Of a stretch of DNA of 64,000 bases, positions 8,761 to 17,998 are shown piece after piece (the stretch's first letter is position 1; each line of letters starts with the position of its first letter). The notes under the pieces were generated by a model. It was not told the DNA's origin. It made no database searches and was given only the letters and a program-made list of their open reading frames with translations. A program made the translations under genes and the position numbers. The stretch comes from a virus, in the IMG/VR virus record IMGVR_UViG_3300046513_000134, positions 36,507 through 100,506 of that record; one strand, 5' to 3'.

Positions 8761-9848
8761 GGGGTCTCCCCCTCGTCATGTTCTGCCGCCAGCGAGGCCT
8801 TCTTGGTCAGGTCATCGATCAGCGCGTTCTTCAGGGTGGTGGCAAAACCGAAGTCACTCATCAGGGTCTGCTTGAAGGCGTCCTGCGTCGGGTAAGGCTG
8901 GTTGAGCACGAGCCAGCCGCCCTTCTCGCCCTTGACCCATTCGCCGCGTTGTTCCAGCAGCGCCTTGATCAGCGTATAGTCGTCGGCCTGTCCGACCTTG
9001 AAGCCCTTGTGGGCGATGGTGGCCATCTGGAATTCGCCCGAGGCCGAGAAGATCGGCACCTTCCACTTCTTGATGACGAACTTGACTTCCTTCATCACCG
9101 GCAGGTCCTGATTGACCTTGGCGTCGATGATGTTCTTGCCGTAGACGCGGACCCACATGGCGGTCTGGAAGCGCGGCAGGTTGCCGCCCGGCATGGTCTC
9201 GGGGTCGCCAAACATGACGCCGATCTTGTGGCGGATCTGGTTGATGTAGATCAGCGACGGCTTGCGGCCGTTCTTGTCGGCTTCGCCAAGGGCCAGCGAG
9301 GTCTTGCGGCACAGCTTGGCGACGGGATTGGAGTTGCCAGCGACGACGGCCTTCTCACCGCTGCTCTCGAATTCGTTGGCGGTGACCATCGCCGCGAGGC
9401 TGTCGATGACGACGAGGCCGCAGTCGGCGGCGTGCAGCAGGGCTTCCGCGATATCGACCACCTGTTCGGCAAAGGTCGGCTGGACGATCTTCAGCTTGGT
9501 GATGTCCACCCCGAACTTCTTGGCGTAGCCGGCGTTGTACTCGTGTTCGACGTCGATGAAGCTGCAGACCAGTTTCGGCCAGAGCTTCTGATGCGCGGCG
9601 ATCGCCAGATAGGCGAGGTTGGTCTTGCACGAGCTTTCCGGCCCGTAGATGATCGAGCACTTGCCCCGGGGGAAACCGCCCCCGGTGGCTAGGTCAAAGG
9701 CAAGGATGCCGGTCGGAATACGCTCAACGGACGGGATGGTCTTCTTGTGATCGGCAACGATTTCTGCGCCGTACTCCTTCTGAAAGGATTTTAGGAGAGC
9801 GTCGGTTTCGCCGCCGCCGTTTGCAGGCTTGAAGACCAGCTTCGCCAT
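8757..9848 (-). CDS. recA: RecA recombinase
   Basis: IPTGILAFDLATGGGFPRG, YGPESSCKT, FIDVEH, VIDSLAA, INQIRHKIGVMFGDPETMPGG. Confidence 0.95.
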   Translation of the reverse strand: MAKLVFKPANGGGETDALLKSFQKEYGAEIVADHKKTIPSVERIPTGILAFDLATGGGFPRGKCSIIYGPESSCKTNLAYLAIAAHQKLWPKLVCSFIDVEHEYNAGYAKKFGVDITKLKIVQPTFAEQVVDIAEALLHAADCGLVVIDSLAAMVTANEFESSGEKAVVAGNSNPVAKLCRKTSLALGEADKNGRKPSLIYINQIRHKIGVMFGDPETMPGGNLPRFQTAMWVRVYGKNIIDAKVNQDLPVMKEVKFVIKKWKVPIFSASGEFQMATIAHKGFKVGQADDYTLIKALLEQRGEWVKGEKGGWLVLNQPYPTQDAFKQTLMSDFGFATTLKNALIDDLTKKASLAAEHDEGETP

Positions 9849-9852
9849 TGAG

Positions 9853-10116
9853 CTATTCGTCCTTCACAAATTCGACGGACATGTTGCCGTCGTCGTCCTG
9901 CGTGATGTTGATGTCGTAGACCGGAATGTTGTTGTGGTCTTCCTGCTCTTCGAACTGCTCGGAGTAGCCAGAGTATTCGATGTCGTTCTGGATCATGCGA
10001 GCGCGGGCGTCGGTGATCAGGATCTGGCCGAGGATTTCACGGACCTCGTCGGGGTTGTCCTGCAACACATCGCGGGACACATAGACGCGCCCGGGTCGGT
10101 TCAGAATGTCTGACAT
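9853..10116 (-). CDS. acidic hypothetical protein
   Basis: 87 aa, AAGGA SD. Confidence 0.7.
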   Translation of the reverse strand: MSDILNRPGRVYVSRDVLQDNPDEVREILGQILITDARARMIQNDIEYSGYSEQFEEQEDHNNIPVYDINITQDDDGNMSVEFVKDE

Positions 10117-10146
10117 AGCTTATTCCTTAATTTTCGGGGACGGTGG

Positions 10147-10165
10147 AGAAGGGCCGAAGCCCTCC
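10147..10165 (-). terminator. UUCG hairpin (terminator or processing site)
   Basis: GGAGGGC-TTCG-GCCCTTC directly after a stop codon; U-tract weak. Confidence 0.45.
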
Positions 10166-10630
10166 TTATTCTGCTTCGGTTTCGAGGTAGCATTCCTGCA
10201 GCCGGGTATCGACCCAGTCCTTCAGGAAGCCGTAGGCCTCATCGATCTCGGCCGGCTCGATCGGCAGCGACAGGCCGATGTTGACGCGGGTCGAATTGAA
10301 GTTGCCGAGGTTCTTGGTGAAGCCCCCGGAATACCACGCGACCGGGTTCTGCGTCTGGGCAGTCGGGTTGACGATCTTGCCGCTATCGACTTCGACGGTC
10401 TCTTCCGACTGCGAGACGATCTCGCCGGTCTTGTTGTCAACCGTTTCCTTCTGCACCGTGCCGGTGGCCTTGGCGGTGGTCGCCTTGGTCGAGGCAGCCT
10501 TGCCAACGGTTTTACCGCCAGAAAGCTTGGTCTTCGAGGGGGCTTCGGCCTTGGCGACCGGTGCTTCCTCGACTACTTCCTTCTTGGCAGCCGCGACTTC
10601 TTTCGCGGATTTATGAAAGGTGATGGCCAT
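10166..10630 (-). CDS. hypothetical protein
   Basis: K/A/T-rich linker followed by a TKNLGNFNSTRVNIGLS domain common in phage replication regions. Confidence 0.7.
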   Translation of the reverse strand: MAITFHKSAKEVAAAKKEVVEEAPVAKAEAPSKTKLSGGKTVGKAASTKATTAKATGTVQKETVDNKTGEIVSQSEETVEVDSGKIVNPTAQTQNPVAWYSGGFTKNLGNFNSTRVNIGLSLPIEPAEIDEAYGFLKDWVDTRLQECYLETEAE

Positions 10631-10648
10631 CGTTCACTCCTTATTTGA

Positions 10649-12016
10649 TTAAGCCATTTCCACTACTTCAGCGCCGATGGACTTGTACCAATCGCGACGC
10701 TTATTCGCGTAGCCGAAGAAGACTGGACTATCGAGGTCCATGAAATCGAAGACTACGGGAAACTTCTTGCCCTCCCACTCGCGGCGGATACGGCCGGTCG
10801 CCTGTCGCACGTCGGAGCGCGGCATGGCGAAGGTGCACGTATCGAGCCAGTCGATGGAGGTCCCCTCATTCATCATGGCGTAGGTCGTGAAGATGATCGG
10901 CTTGACCTTGACCCTCTCGCGCTCCGCCTTCTCTTCCTTGGTCGATGCCGACTTGTAGACCCCCATCATCTTGTACGGGATGCCGTGCAATTTGTTGCAA
11001 GCATCAAGCATCAGGTCGAGGTGTTCCAGCCGATTGGAGAAAATCACGTGGCATCGTTTGGCTTCATAGGCCTGATTGATGCACTCCACGATCTGCCTCG
11101 TGCGGATCGGATCGTTCATCAGAAAGGTTTCGATGTGAGCGGTTTTCCCTGCCGTATGGGGTATCTTCTTCAGGACTTTCTGTCCAGTCCCTTCATCGAA
11201 TGTCCACCGCGCAGGACAGTCCCATGCCGTCTGGTAGCGCAGCACTTTCGGCACCATCAGCTCGGCGTCGGCGGTGGCACGGATCGGCCCGACATTGGTG
11301 TAGATCATCACCTCCTTGCCGTCCTTGCGGTCGGGGGTGGCGGACAGGGCGAGGCGAACCTTGGCCGGGAACATGGTGACGACGTTCTGGAAGTAGTCGG
11401 CCGGCATCCGCTGGCACTCGTCAAAGATCACCAGCCCGAAGTTGTCCACGATCCAGTCGGGGTACTTGCCTTCCTTGCACAGCGATTGCACCAGCGCCAC
11501 GCAGAAGTCGGTGTCGATCACTTCGCACTTGTCGCCCCGGATATTGCCGATCCGCCACTTGGGGACGCCGAGGAATTCGTGCGCGCCCTTGATCCATTGC
11601 TCGTAGATGTCTTCCTTGGTGGTAATGACCAGCGTCTTCTTCTGCAGCGTATAGGCGGCGAGGAACCCCAGCAGGGTCTTGCCGAAGCCGGTATAGGCGA
11701 CCGCGACACCGGAGAGCTTCTGGCTGATGAACTCCTCGACGTCCTTGAACATCTTGCCCTGATGCGGCCGGGGCTGCGGCTTCTTCGGGAAGTGGACGTC
11801 CTGCCCATCAACCCGGGTGTCAGTCTCGCCTATCGGGCAGACGCCGCGTGGCAGATAGATGAACTCGTCATCCTTCTTGTACAGGTTGATCATGTCATCG
11901 AAGCGGGTGATGAAACGGAACTTGCGTTCCAAGGCATAGCTGTAGGGGTATTTGGCCATGCACCCGGTTTCGATGGGCTGCTCGGTCATCATGTATTTGG
12001 CGATACCCGTGGACAT
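10649..12016 (-). CDS. superfamily 2 (UvsW/XPB-like) helicase
   Basis: TGFGKT, DECQR, SATP, QATGRIRR. Confidence 0.9.
   Translation of the reverse strand: MSTGIAKYMMTEQPIETGCMAKYPYSYALERKFRFITRFDDMINLYKKDDEFIYLPRGVCPIGETDTRVDGQDVHFPKKPQPRPHQGKMFKDVEEFISQKLSGVAVAYTGFGKTLLGFLAAYTLQKKTLVITTKEDIYEQWIKGAHEFLGVPKWRIGNIRGDKCEVIDTDFCVALVQSLCKEGKYPDWIVDNFGLVIFDECQRMPADYFQNVVTMFPAKVRLALSATPDRKDGKEVMIYTNVGPIRATADAELMVPKVLRYQTAWDCPARWTFDEGTGQKVLKKIPHTAGKTAHIETFLMNDPIRTRQIVECINQAYEAKRCHVIFSNRLEHLDLMLDACNKLHGIPYKMMGVYKSASTKEEKAERERVKVKPIIFTTYAMMNEGTSIDWLDTCTFAMPRSDVRQATGRIRREWEGKKFPVVFDFMDLDSPVFFGYANKRRDWYKSIGAEVVEMA
10986..10999. repeat. TGCAA-N4-TTGCA site
   Basis: TGCAATTTGTTGCA, in the SF2 helicase gene. 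Confidence 0.9.
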
Positions 12017-12085
12017 GCAGTGCCTTTCAGATAGCAACGCCTCCCGTTGTTCAGACGAGAGGCGTGTTTCAGGACGGGTGAGGGC

Positions 12086-12988
12086 TTAGAGCTGGTTCTT
12101 CAGGTTGCCGGTATCGACGTTGCCGTTGTGCTTGGTGCCGACCCCGGTGAAGTTCTTGCCGATGCCAAGGTCGATCAGTTCTTCCGGCGACTTGTAGACG
12201 ATCTCGGCATTGTAGTCGGCCGGCTGCACTTCGTCAGGCTTGAGGCTCTGCTCCTTGGCGAATGCGCCCCGGCTTTCCCACTGCAGGTCGGGGATGAAGT
12301 TGTCACCGACTGCCGGGGTCTTGTCGCCGCCAGAGCGCGAGGCGTCGAAGGTCCAGCCGGTCAGGCCACCCTTCTTCGAGGCGATCTTCGACAGGATCTT
12401 GATCGTCCCCTGCTTGCACTTGAACAGCTTCTTCTGGTTCTGCACGGTGTTGCCGGCCTTGGCCCCCGACTTGATGGTGTAGGGCGTGTGGTCGATCACC
12501 GTCATCAGCCCGACGAGGTAGCGCTTGTTGCTGATGGCGCAGAGCGGGCACGGCTGCGAGGTATCGACCTCGGCGGTGCAGACGTACTGATCGTAGCCCC
12601 CGGCCATCTGCAGGTTATGCTCGTGGTACATGGTGATGTTGAGAATGCCGTCCGGGCCGATGTCACCGTCGAGGAAAGTGATGCGACGTTCCTCGCCTTC
12701 CTTCATGCGGAAGTCGAACATCTTGCCCTGTTTTTCCTTGTTGGCTTCGATCTTCGCCTGTTCCTGCTTGAACATGGCCTGTGCGTCGGCCCCCTTCTTC
12801 AGGAAGCCCATGCCGCCGCCAGCGGATTTCTGCGGAGCGGGTTCGTCATCGGAGGACTTGGCTTGTGTGTGAGCGGTGGAAGACGCCGCGTTCTTGTTCA
12901 GCGACGACAGCCCTGTCTTCTTCGGGGCCTGTTCTTCGACTACTGCGCCCTTAGCTTCAGCAGCCTTCTTGAGAAAGCTCAATGCCAT
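12086..12988 (-). CDS. single-stranded DNA-binding protein (gp32-like, Zn)
   Basis: RRITFLD, YHEH, C-x8-CPLC; located in the replication block. Confidence 0.7.
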   Translation of the reverse strand: MALSFLKKAAEAKGAVVEEQAPKKTGLSSLNKNAASSTAHTQAKSSDDEPAPQKSAGGGMGFLKKGADAQAMFKQEQAKIEANKEKQGKMFDFRMKEGEERRITFLDGDIGPDGILNITMYHEHNLQMAGGYDQYVCTAEVDTSQPCPLCAISNKRYLVGLMTVIDHTPYTIKSGAKAGNTVQNQKKLFKCKQGTIKILSKIASKKGGLTGWTFDASRSGGDKTPAVGDNFIPDLQWESRGAFAKEQSLKPDEVQPADYNAEIVYKSPEELIDLGIGKNFTGVGTKHNGNVDTGNLKNQL

Positions 12989-13074
12989 TTTCGTGCTCCA
13001 ATGTTTCCCGATGTGTGCCAATGATCCTCATGGATCGATGTCGAGATTGGCACGGCGAGGACTTCTCGACAAGG

Positions 13075-14052
13075 TCAAATCGGTATGTGCGGGGCCAATA
13101 CAGAGGCTATTTCACCGAAATTACAGGCCCCGGGGTCCTTGCGGTGCGGTGGTGGGACGACGTGGGTGATGACGTGGGTCTTGCCGAAAACCTTGTCGAT
13201 CCGTTCGCGGCCTTTGTCGCCGCCCGTGCCGTGGTCGAAGAAGGTGATGAACTCGGAAACGTGGGCCATCCGCATCAGCTTTTCGATCGACGGATTGGCG
13301 AAGAGCGGACTGGTGACGTTGTCGTAGACCGGCAGGGTGGCAGCCAGATCGAAGTAGCCTTCGACAATCACCACCGGGCGATCGGTATCGACCCAGTTCT
13401 CCCCGAGCCAGTATTGTGGATTGTTCTTGCCCTTGTACAGGTACATCCGGTAGCGCGGATCGATGTCGTCTGACATGGCGCGGCCGTGCAGCCCGATGTA
13501 CTGTTCCTTGGTGTTGCGCAGCGGGCAGCAGACGCGGTTCTGGTGCGGGTCGTAGCGCAGCTCCAGATACTCGATCACGGCGGGCTCGATGCCTCGCTCC
13601 ACGGTCAGGTACTTCATCGCCGCTGGCGAGTGGATGGCCAACGGGAAGGTCTCGACCCACCACTTGTCGAAGATCGTCACGTCGTTCTTGTTGGCCAGCA
13701 GCGCCTCTTCGTAATCGATCGGCTCGAAATCGAACACCACTTCGTCGTCGGCCTTGACGCACAGTTCCATGGCCTTCTTGAAATCGTATTCGCCGTGCGG
13801 TTCGCCAGCGTTGAAGTTGCGCATCTTCAGAACGAGGTCCGCGCCTGAACCGTGGTAGCCGCATGCGAAGCAGTTGCAGAAGGGGTCCCCCTGCTCCAGT
13901 CGCACACCAAAGACGTCGTCCCCTGACTTTCCGTCCTTGTGTTCCCATGCCTGTAAAGGACAATTAGAAACTACCCATTTAGCGCGGCCTTGGCTCTTCG
14001 GGACCTTGGCTCCAAGAGCGTCAAGGAATTCCATGACATCTGATTTCTTCAT
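13075..14052 (-). CDS. dnaG: DNA primase (Zn finger + TOPRIM)
   Basis: CP..H..NCFACG, IVEGYFD, FFDHGTGG. Confidence 0.85.
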   Translation of the reverse strand: MKKSDVMEFLDALGAKVPKSQGRAKWVVSNCPLQAWEHKDGKSGDDVFGVRLEQGDPFCNCFACGYHGSGADLVLKMRNFNAGEPHGEYDFKKAMELCVKADDEVVFDFEPIDYEEALLANKNDVTIFDKWWVETFPLAIHSPAAMKYLTVERGIEPAVIEYLELRYDPHQNRVCCPLRNTKEQYIGLHGRAMSDDIDPRYRMYLYKGKNNPQYWLGENWVDTDRPVVIVEGYFDLAATLPVYDNVTSPLFANPSIEKLMRMAHVSEFITFFDHGTGGDKGRERIDKVFGKTHVITHVVPPPHRKDPGACNFGEIASVLAPHIPI

Positions 14053-14237
14053 GACTTGTCCGAAACGTAGAAGATCCCTTCGTAGACGGCGACGGTCAAG
14101 ACCCCGGCGAGAAGTACGCATGGGCCAATCGCGATCCACGGGACTGCTCCGAACCAGTTGTTCACGATGACCAGCATGCAGATGAAAATGATATTGCTGA
14201 ATATCGCAAACAGCGCCATCGCGGCACGTTCTCTCAT
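14049..14237 (-). CDS. small membrane protein (2 TM)
   Basis: Hydrophobic 62 aa with ATGA overlaps at both ends. Confidence 0.6.
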   Translation of the reverse strand: MRERAAMALFAIFSNIIFICMLVIVNNWFGAVPWIAIGPCVLLAGVLTVAVYEGIFYVSDKS

Positions 14238-14881
14238 GCTGGCACCTTCTCTTTCTTTACCTTTGGCTTCTTTAAAAATCTGCCGTCGTAGAACTCGTCC
14301 TTGGGCCTCACCCACCAGACGCCGTCTTCGCCCTCGTAGAGAGCAGCCGGCACCATGCTTGCTTCGATATAGACACCCGTGTCCCGAAGCATGCGATACT
14401 TTCCCCCAGACTTAATATGCGTGTGGGTCCATTTGAACTCGACTTCAGACCCCCGCGATTGGGCTTGGGCCAGCTTGTCGGCAATTTCGTTGAACTGGTT
14501 TCCGGCATGGCCCTTGACCCATTCGAAAGTGACCTCGACGCCGAGGCCCTGCTTCAGTTCCCAGAGCCGCTTCCAGTGCTCCTTGTTCTTCACCTGTGTG
14601 CCGTTCGACGTCATCCAGCCGTTTGACTTCCACGCATAGATGTAGTCGGAGATGCCTTGGACGACGTACTGGCTGTCACTGATGATGGTCAGCGGTTCGT
14701 CAATGTCCATGATATCGGTCAGGGCCATGATCGGCCCCATCAGCTCCATGGTGTTGTTGGTGGCCCCGTCTTCCTGCCCAGAGGCGGCGCGGATCTGTTT
14801 GCCGTCCTCGACTACGACGTAGGCCCATCCGCCGCTGCCTTCTTTGGTGACAGCCCCGTCAACGTAAATGGAAAGGGCCAT
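14234..14881 (-). CDS. rnhA: RNase HI fused to a DUF1653-like domain
   Basis: YVDGA, TNNTMEL, SDSQYV, WVKGHAG..NEIAD; C-terminus HIKSGGKY...WVRPKDEF. Confidence 0.9.
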   Translation of the reverse strand: MALSIYVDGAVTKEGSGGWAYVVVEDGKQIRAASGQEDGATNNTMELMGPIMALTDIMDIDEPLTIISDSQYVVQGISDYIYAWKSNGWMTSNGTQVKNKEHWKRLWELKQGLGVEVTFEWVKGHAGNQFNEIADKLAQAQSRGSEVEFKWTHTHIKSGGKYRMLRDTGVYIEASMVPAALYEGEDGVWWVRPKDEFYDGRFLKKPKVKKEKVPA

Positions 14882-15147
14882 CAGGGACGGAACCCCGCCA
14901 GTGTCTCGGACACCCGGCCCGGATTGACGTTGAAGAACTTGGCGATCTCGACCTGCGATGCCCCCGGGTTCTGCTTCTTGAAGGTGCGGATCTGTTTCCG
15001 CAGCTCTTCCGTCATCGGCACCGACTTGGCACGGGTGCGTTCCTTCGGAGAGCGACGTTCCAGTTCGTCGGCCAGTTCAAACAGCCGCTGGCAGCGCAGG
15101 TCGTAGGCCAGAGCGCGCAGCTCGGCGCGGATCTCGGGGATGCGCAT
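14881..15147 (-). CDS. helix-turn-helix DNA-binding protein
   Basis: SQVEIAKFFNVNPGRVSETLAG. Confidence 0.75.
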   Translation of the reverse strand: MRIPEIRAELRALAYDLRCQRLFELADELERRSPKERTRAKSVPMTEELRKQIRTFKKQNPGASQVEIAKFFNVNPGRVSETLAGFRP

Positions 15148-15552
15148 TCATGCCTCCTCTTCCGACGACATGGCCCCGGCGACGGTGACCTTCTTCGAGT
15201 AACCGGTGACGCCGAGACGGAAGGTCAGGAGTTTGCTGATCGGGGAATACGACATGTCGTGGCTGATGCCGACGATGATCTCGACCTTGCTGTTGGAGAT
15301 GGCTAGATTGGAGCCGATCGCCTTGAGCACCGTGGCCATGATGGCGTTGCCGAGGTTGGACATGGTGATGTAGTCATCGAACTCCGTGTTGTATTCACGG
15401 GGTGTCACGGTCAGCGTCACGTCGGGGTCCAACTGTGACTTGACGTCGGCCGGGCCGGGCCGGTTGAGGGTCAGAACCCGGACGCGGTCGGGGACGTTCA
15501 ATGCAACATATTGCACGACGCGGCGTCGAAAATCGAGATCGAGGTCAGTCAC
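15148..15552 (-). CDS. hypothetical protein
   Basis: GTG start overlapping the upstream TGA. Confidence 0.6.
   Translation of the reverse strand: MTDLDLDFRRRVVQYVALNVPDRVRVLTLNRPGPADVKSQLDPDVTLTVTPREYNTEFDDYITMSNLGNAIMATVLKAIGSNLAISNSKVEIIVGISHDMSYSPISKLLTFRLGVTGYSKKVTVAGAMSSEEEA
15502..15515. repeat. TGCAA-N4-TTGCA site
   Basis: TGCAACATATTGCA, intragenic. Confidence 0.9.
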
Positions 15553-16055
15553 TTCTTTGCCTTCTCCGCTACGCCGGCCAACGTGATGTTGCGCTTGGTT
15601 TCCTCGACGGAGAGGCACAGCGCCTTTTCCTCCGGTGTCAGGTAATTGTCCACGGCAGTCAGCGGGAAGGCGCAGGCCCCGAGGAAGGCGTCCTTCTTCA
15701 TCTTGCCGAAGATGTAGAGCATGTCGATGATGGTGCGCTTGATCCCGACCTTGCCGAGCTTCAGCTTGTTCTTCTTGCTCTCGACAAAGAATTCCTTGTC
15801 CTTGATCGCCACCTCGTCGGGATAGTGAACCGGCACCAGTGACATCAGGTCGGCTTCGAGCGGGGCCAGATCGACCTGCTTCAAGGTCAGTTCCTTGATC
15901 TGGGCCTTGATCGCCTCGTTGGCGGCGAGGGCGTCGTGGTACTTGTCGATAGCCTTGTGCAGGACGGTTTTGTCCAGCACCTTCGGGTCAACGATCTGGG
16001 CCTGTTTCTCCGGCGCGATCACGCCTTTGGGGGTAGACTTGATGATGAAAGCCAT
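15549..16055 (-). CDS. hypothetical coiled-coil protein
   Basis: 168 aa; preceded by a promoter and a hairpin SD. Confidence 0.7.
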   Translation of the reverse strand: MAFIIKSTPKGVIAPEKQAQIVDPKVLDKTVLHKAIDKYHDALAANEAIKAQIKELTLKQVDLAPLEADLMSLVPVHYPDEVAIKDKEFFVESKKNKLKLGKVGIKRTIIDMLYIFGKMKKDAFLGACAFPLTAVDNYLTPEEKALCLSVEETKRNITLAGVAEKAKK

Positions 16056-16159
16056 GTGTCAATCTCCGTATTGATCTTCAAAAAGTATATCTGGAATGGG
16101 CTTCAAAACAAGGGTTTAGAGGTCCTTGTAGGCGTGTTTTGTCGTCAGTATTTTGGCCA

Positions 16160-17449
16160 TCACAAAAAGTTCAGCTCTTCTACGGTCGGCTCTTCGTACT
16201 GGCTGAAGTCCATCGAATTAAAATTCCAGTTGGTGGTGAACTGCCCGGTTTCGCCCTTGCGGCCCTTGAGGATGTCGATGACGCGTTGGACGACGGTCTC
16301 GACGCTATCCTTCTGCATGATGCCGCAGACCAGCGAGGACACCTGCCCGATGGCGTCGGAGTACCCGATGTCCTCCAGATCCTTCTTCTGCGGTTCGCCC
16401 TTCTTGCCGCCCTTGTTCTTGTCGCGGGCGAACTGCCATGTCGCCACGGTCGGAGCGATCTCGGCCAGTTGCGATTTCATCAGGTCGGCGTTCTCGGCCA
16501 CGCGCTGGTAACGGTCCTTGATGGTCGGATGCTTGGCGAGGTAGGCCCCGTCAATGCCGATGGCATCCGGCTTGAGCTGGCGGGCGATCATCCACATGTC
16601 ATCGACGGTCGCCGCGAGATTACCGTCCACGATCCAGAACGGCGCTCCAGCCATCTTGATCTCGGTCAGGCCCTCCTTCAGCTTCTTCTGGCCGCTGCTC
16701 GACAGGGTGGCCTTGTCGAGGTCGGAGTAGGGCATCGACAGCAGCATAGACGTCAGGCGTTGGGCAATCGGCAGCGGCTTCATCTCCATCGAGAACAGCA
16801 GCCGGGACTGGCCCTGTTGCAGGATCTTGCCGTCCTCGTCCAGCGTGTCCTTCCAGCCGTGCATCATCAGGTACAGGAGCTGCCACGTCTTGCCCATCGC
16901 CGGTCGGCCGACGAAGCTGAGCATGTCGCCCTTGGCCAGTCCGCCTGACATGTCGTCAAGGAACGGCCAGCCGGTGAATAGCCGGTGGCTGTCGTCGCCG
17001 GTCATCTGCTGGACGTAGTCGCCCCAGACCATCTCGTAGGCCTCGCGGAAGTCCACGATCTGCTTGCCGAACTTGTGGGTGGTCAGCTCCATCACCTTCT
17101 CGGTGACGATCTCCAGCGCCTTGTGCGGGTCGAGGTTGCCGCCGACCTGCAGGTACTTGTTGGCCTCTTGGAAGGTCAGGTTGAGCGCCTGCTGGGTGAA
17201 GCGCTTCAGCAGCTCGTCGTAGTAGTAGCCCGGGGCCTCCGGGGCGATCGGCAGTTCTTCCTTGGTGTGCAGCTCGACCGTGCCGATGGTCGGGATCTTG
17301 CCGTACTTCTTGACGTGCTCCTTGACGAAGGCATAGGCCGGCAGCTCGTTGATCTTGAACAGGTGGGTGATGTCGCCGTGGTTCAGGAACTCGTACGTGC
17401 TCCCGCCTTCGAGACATGCCGCCAGAAATTGGTGACCCATCGTCGCCAT
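16160..17449 (-). CDS. dnaB: DnaB-like replicative helicase
   Basis: GRPAMGKT, FSMEM, IGIDGAY, KGRKGE. Confidence 0.9.
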   Translation of the reverse strand: MATMGHQFLAACLEGGSTYEFLNHGDITHLFKINELPAYAFVKEHVKKYGKIPTIGTVELHTKEELPIAPEAPGYYYDELLKRFTQQALNLTFQEANKYLQVGGNLDPHKALEIVTEKVMELTTHKFGKQIVDFREAYEMVWGDYVQQMTGDDSHRLFTGWPFLDDMSGGLAKGDMLSFVGRPAMGKTWQLLYLMMHGWKDTLDEDGKILQQGQSRLLFSMEMKPLPIAQRLTSMLLSMPYSDLDKATLSSSGQKKLKEGLTEIKMAGAPFWIVDGNLAATVDDMWMIARQLKPDAIGIDGAYLAKHPTIKDRYQRVAENADLMKSQLAEIAPTVATWQFARDKNKGGKKGEPQKKDLEDIGYSDAIGQVSSLVCGIMQKDSVETVVQRVIDILKGRKGETGQFTTNWNFNSMDFSQYEEPTVEELNFL

Positions 17450-17452
17450 TGG

Positions 17453-17995
17453 TCAGTTACCCTTCATTTCGAGCGCGGAGTAGGTGGCTTGGACGTGATT
17501 GGCGATCGCCGCGCCGTAGGCCGTGCGGAACTTGTCGATGTTGCTGACCTGCACCACGGTCTTCTTGCCCTTGGCAGCGCGGCGGACGAGGATGTCGTAG
17601 ATCGCCGGCAGCTTCCAGTTCTGGATCACGTCTCCGTGGGCAGTGTGGTTGTAGAAGTTGGCGATGAACAGGCAGGTGATGTCGAACAGGTCTTCGTCGG
17701 CGTCGTGGTCGAGCAATTGCTGCAGCGTGTAGAACCGGGCGCGGATGAAGTTGCGGGTCAGCATCCCGGCCATCGCCATCATCTCCATCGTCGGGTCGCC
17801 CGATCCCACGAGGATCAGACCATTTTCGTCAGGCGCGATGAACTTGTAGCGGCTCAGCCACAACGCCTCTTGATCCGTGCAATATGTTGCACTGGAATAC
17901 ATGATCATCGACGGCGGGATGTTGGCGTCGAGGGCATAGCCTTCGATCCCCTTGATCAGCCGCTCGTGGATGACTGGGTCGAGAACGGACTTCAT
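17453..17995 (-). CDS. DnaC/IstB-like helicase loader, degenerate ATPase
   Basis: Lies between initiator and helicase; GLILVG, LFIANF, ILVRR..GKKTVV.SN pattern, with Walker A/B lost. Confidence 0.6.
   Translation of the reverse strand: MKSVLDPVIHERLIKGIEGYALDANIPPSMIMYSSATYCTDQEALWLSRYKFIAPDENGLILVGSGDPTMEMMAMAGMLTRNFIRARFYTLQQLLDHDADEDLFDITCLFIANFYNHTAHGDVIQNWKLPAIYDILVRRAAKGKKTVVQVSNIDKFRTAYGAAIANHVQATYSALEMKGN
17878..17891. repeat. TGCAA-N4-TTGCA site
   Basis: TGCAATATGTTGCA, in the loader gene. Confidence 0.9.
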
Positions 17996-17998
17996 GGC

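Noticed and set aside
9627-9650. RecA Walker A variant GPESSCKT as inactivating
   Set aside because: Catalytic K/T and the other motifs are intact; a single substitution is not enough to call it inactive.
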